A stretch of 64,000 nt of DNA from Tubulanus polymorphus (Eukaryota; Animalia; Nemertea), in assembly GCF_964204645.1 (NCBI RefSeq), contig NC_134025.1, positions 23,044,299-23,108,298 on the forward strand. The letters are read 5' to 3'. Positions 61,878 through 64,000 of this stretch are shown piece by piece (within the stretch, counting starts at the first letter, position 1; the number at the start of each line of letters is the position of its first letter). Under the pieces are notes generated by a model, which worked only from the letters and a program-made list of their open reading frames with translations, searched no databases and was not told where the DNA came from. The position numbers and the translations under genes are program-made.

Positions 61878-62983
61878 TTTTTAGCCCACTTGGGACGTGA
61901 GTCCCAGCGGGCTATTGTGTTCACTTTTCGTTCATCCGTCAGAAGATGGAATCCAATTATTTTTGGAAGTTTTGAAGATGCTTCAAAATGTCTTGATATT
62001 TGGGTTACACATGTATCTACCCTAGACACATCTTCGGCCCAAAAACTGGCCCTGTCAGAATCAAGATGGCCGACTGGCAGCCATTGTTGTTCTCCAAAAT
62101 CAGCACTTTTAACACGTTTTTGAACTTACCGGGTATGGAGGGAAATTTTGAAGACGCTTTGAGCAATTACCTTGATCTTTCGTATTTATTTGAATCTCCC
62201 CAGGGCCCATCAGCATAACAAAAATTGGGTCGATCGGACTCAAGCTGGCCATCCTATGACCTTATTAGTGCCCAAAAATGTCAATTTTTGTCCCGAATTC
62301 TGAGTCCTGTAGCTTCCTACTGGTTTGCCATTTCTCATTGCAATTGCTGATGGGTATCCTTTGGAAAGGGATGTTTTATACCTGAGACAGGTATTTTTGA
62401 TCGGCCAATTATGACTCAATTGGCGGCCATCTTGGCATCAGTACTCATTCGTAGGTGGGAAAAAGTTTTTCAACATTATATTGATACCTAAGCATATTTT
62501 GTTACCACAATGAATTAGAAAAGTGTAGCTTATTACGTGTTCTATGATTGTGATGAGTTTCAAGGTCATTGGGTTTTTGTATATGGCCACCAGGAGGCAT
62601 TGAATTATACAATATCTTGGTATTTCTATATTATATTTGTACCAATGCACCAATTTGTTACCACAATCAATTGCAAAGTTGTAGCTCATGACATCGTCTA
62701 TGATTGTGGTAAGTTTTAAGGACATAAGTTATTCTATATGGTCACCAGGGGGCGCTGAATAGTATAATAACTTAGTATTTCCTTATCATATTGGTACCTA
62801 GGCATATCTTGTTACCATGATCAATTGCAAAGTTGTAGTTCATGTTCTATGATTGTGGTGAGTTTCAAGGTCATTGGTTTTATACATATGGTCACCAGGG
62901 GGTGTTGAATATTGAAATTGTTAGATTATTGAGCATTTGAAACCACTTCCCAAGTTGGCATGGTGTCCCTGGACCCCTAGTTT
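61878..62983 (+). mobile_element. Helentron/HINE (DINE-1-like) non-autonomous element with an internal tandem array
   Basis: The 5' end ttttagcccacttgggac...gtcccagcgggcta forms a hairpin followed by catccgtc. About 3.5 monomers of ~150 bp follow. The 3' end is ggtgtccctggacccctagtt, and both flanks are T-runs. A short related 5' end occurs at ~50946. Confidence 0.7.
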
Positions 62984-64000
62984 TGAGTAGATGAGATTAG
63001 TTAGACAGCTAAATTTAACACAACGCAATTTATTTGTTCTTTCATTTGAAAGTATGGAACATAAGATTGTCAGAGTAAATTCATTTTGTTTGAAGAATGA
63101 TAACCCTGGAGGTAATGATGTATAACTGAGTAGTATTCTTCCAAGCAGCATCCGCTTATTTTAATGATAAATGGATTAACAACAACAGGTTGACATTTAA
63201 GTAGAATGTTTGCACCTATCACTCACTAGGATTGGCTAACACTGCTTTGAAGAATGCTGTGTCAAAATGAATGAATAATGTATTACCAAGATGTAACACT
63301 ATCAAACTGTCATTTAGTAGTTGCTTACATAAATTATCATGACCTTATAAGCAAAAAATCTTGTTTATTATAGATTAGGGATTTGAAATTATAGATATTA
63401 TTTAGAGAAAGTTTGTTGCCTTTTTAGACACCTATTCATATGGTGTGGAATTGTTAAACAATATTTGTATGTAATGCATGTGTACCGGTAGATGAAATTT
63501 TATTTGGCCCTTGTTGCCAGAGACTGCTATTCTACACAATTTTTCGTTATTCAAGACTTACCGTTGATGCACAGGTATTCTTCAAAAACGACCACATCAT
63601 ACTGCTTGCATCCCAGTTTATGATGATACTTAATTAAATGTCCTGAAGCTGCCTTTAAAGAATTGATGAAAACTTGATCATAAATGTATGTCTAACTTCA
63701 ACCCACCCTTGTAAGTGTATATTGTATGTGAATGTTAAGTCTAGTCGGAACGAATGTTGAAATGTAACCTGAATAGGAAACTTTGATGAGTTCACTGAAT
63801 GCTTGGTATTATAACAAACCTTAGGAGGTTGCTAGAGTATACAGAAGTGACTTCAGTATTCATTAGTTGGAAGACATGAGAGTTAATATATGATAAAATA
63901 ACTTAAGCCAAGCTCAGGTCGACTTAGATCCGATCATGGAAGGCTATCGTAAGCCGAGTAGCAGGGCAGAACAAGTTCTAATTTCTACAACCAATCTTTG

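Larger units (their letters stand above)
46303..63240 (+). repeat. Tandem segmental duplication: unit 1 ~46303-56120, unit 2 ~56125-63240
   Basis: Colinear matches at 46303/56125 (ctgata-gaggg-ctgctgaatggctgccttattc), 46800/56340, 49525/57330, the LCLAT1 exons and 3' UTR, 55258/61484, and 55960/63096. Confidence 0.85.

Overview
AT-rich eukaryotic genomic DNA with GT-AG introns, most likely from an invertebrate bilaterian (spiralian is an inference from gene and transposon content). Eight protein-coding loci can be reconstructed. (1) The first coding exon of an MGCGPS-start (dual-acylation type) gene running off the left edge. (2) A giant-like PAR-bZIP factor. (3) A 137-aa signal-peptide, Cys-rich, KDEL-ending protein resembling only the C-terminal domain of HRC. 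(4) A large stonin gene whose uninterrupted reading frame joins Stoned-A-like and Stoned-B-like regions. (5) A coiled-coil plus death-domain-like gene. (6) eIF2B-alpha with an intronless CDS. (7, 8) Two intact tandem LCLAT1 paralogues, from a duplication whose second copy lost eIF2B-alpha. Non-coding DNA holds many MITEs, Helentron/HINE-like elements with CTCF-motif-bearing ~153-bp tandem arrays, and three Penelope-type insertions carrying minimal hammerhead ribozyme motifs. Gene models come from manual splice-site and phase reading. Homologies are recalled from memory; no database searches were run.
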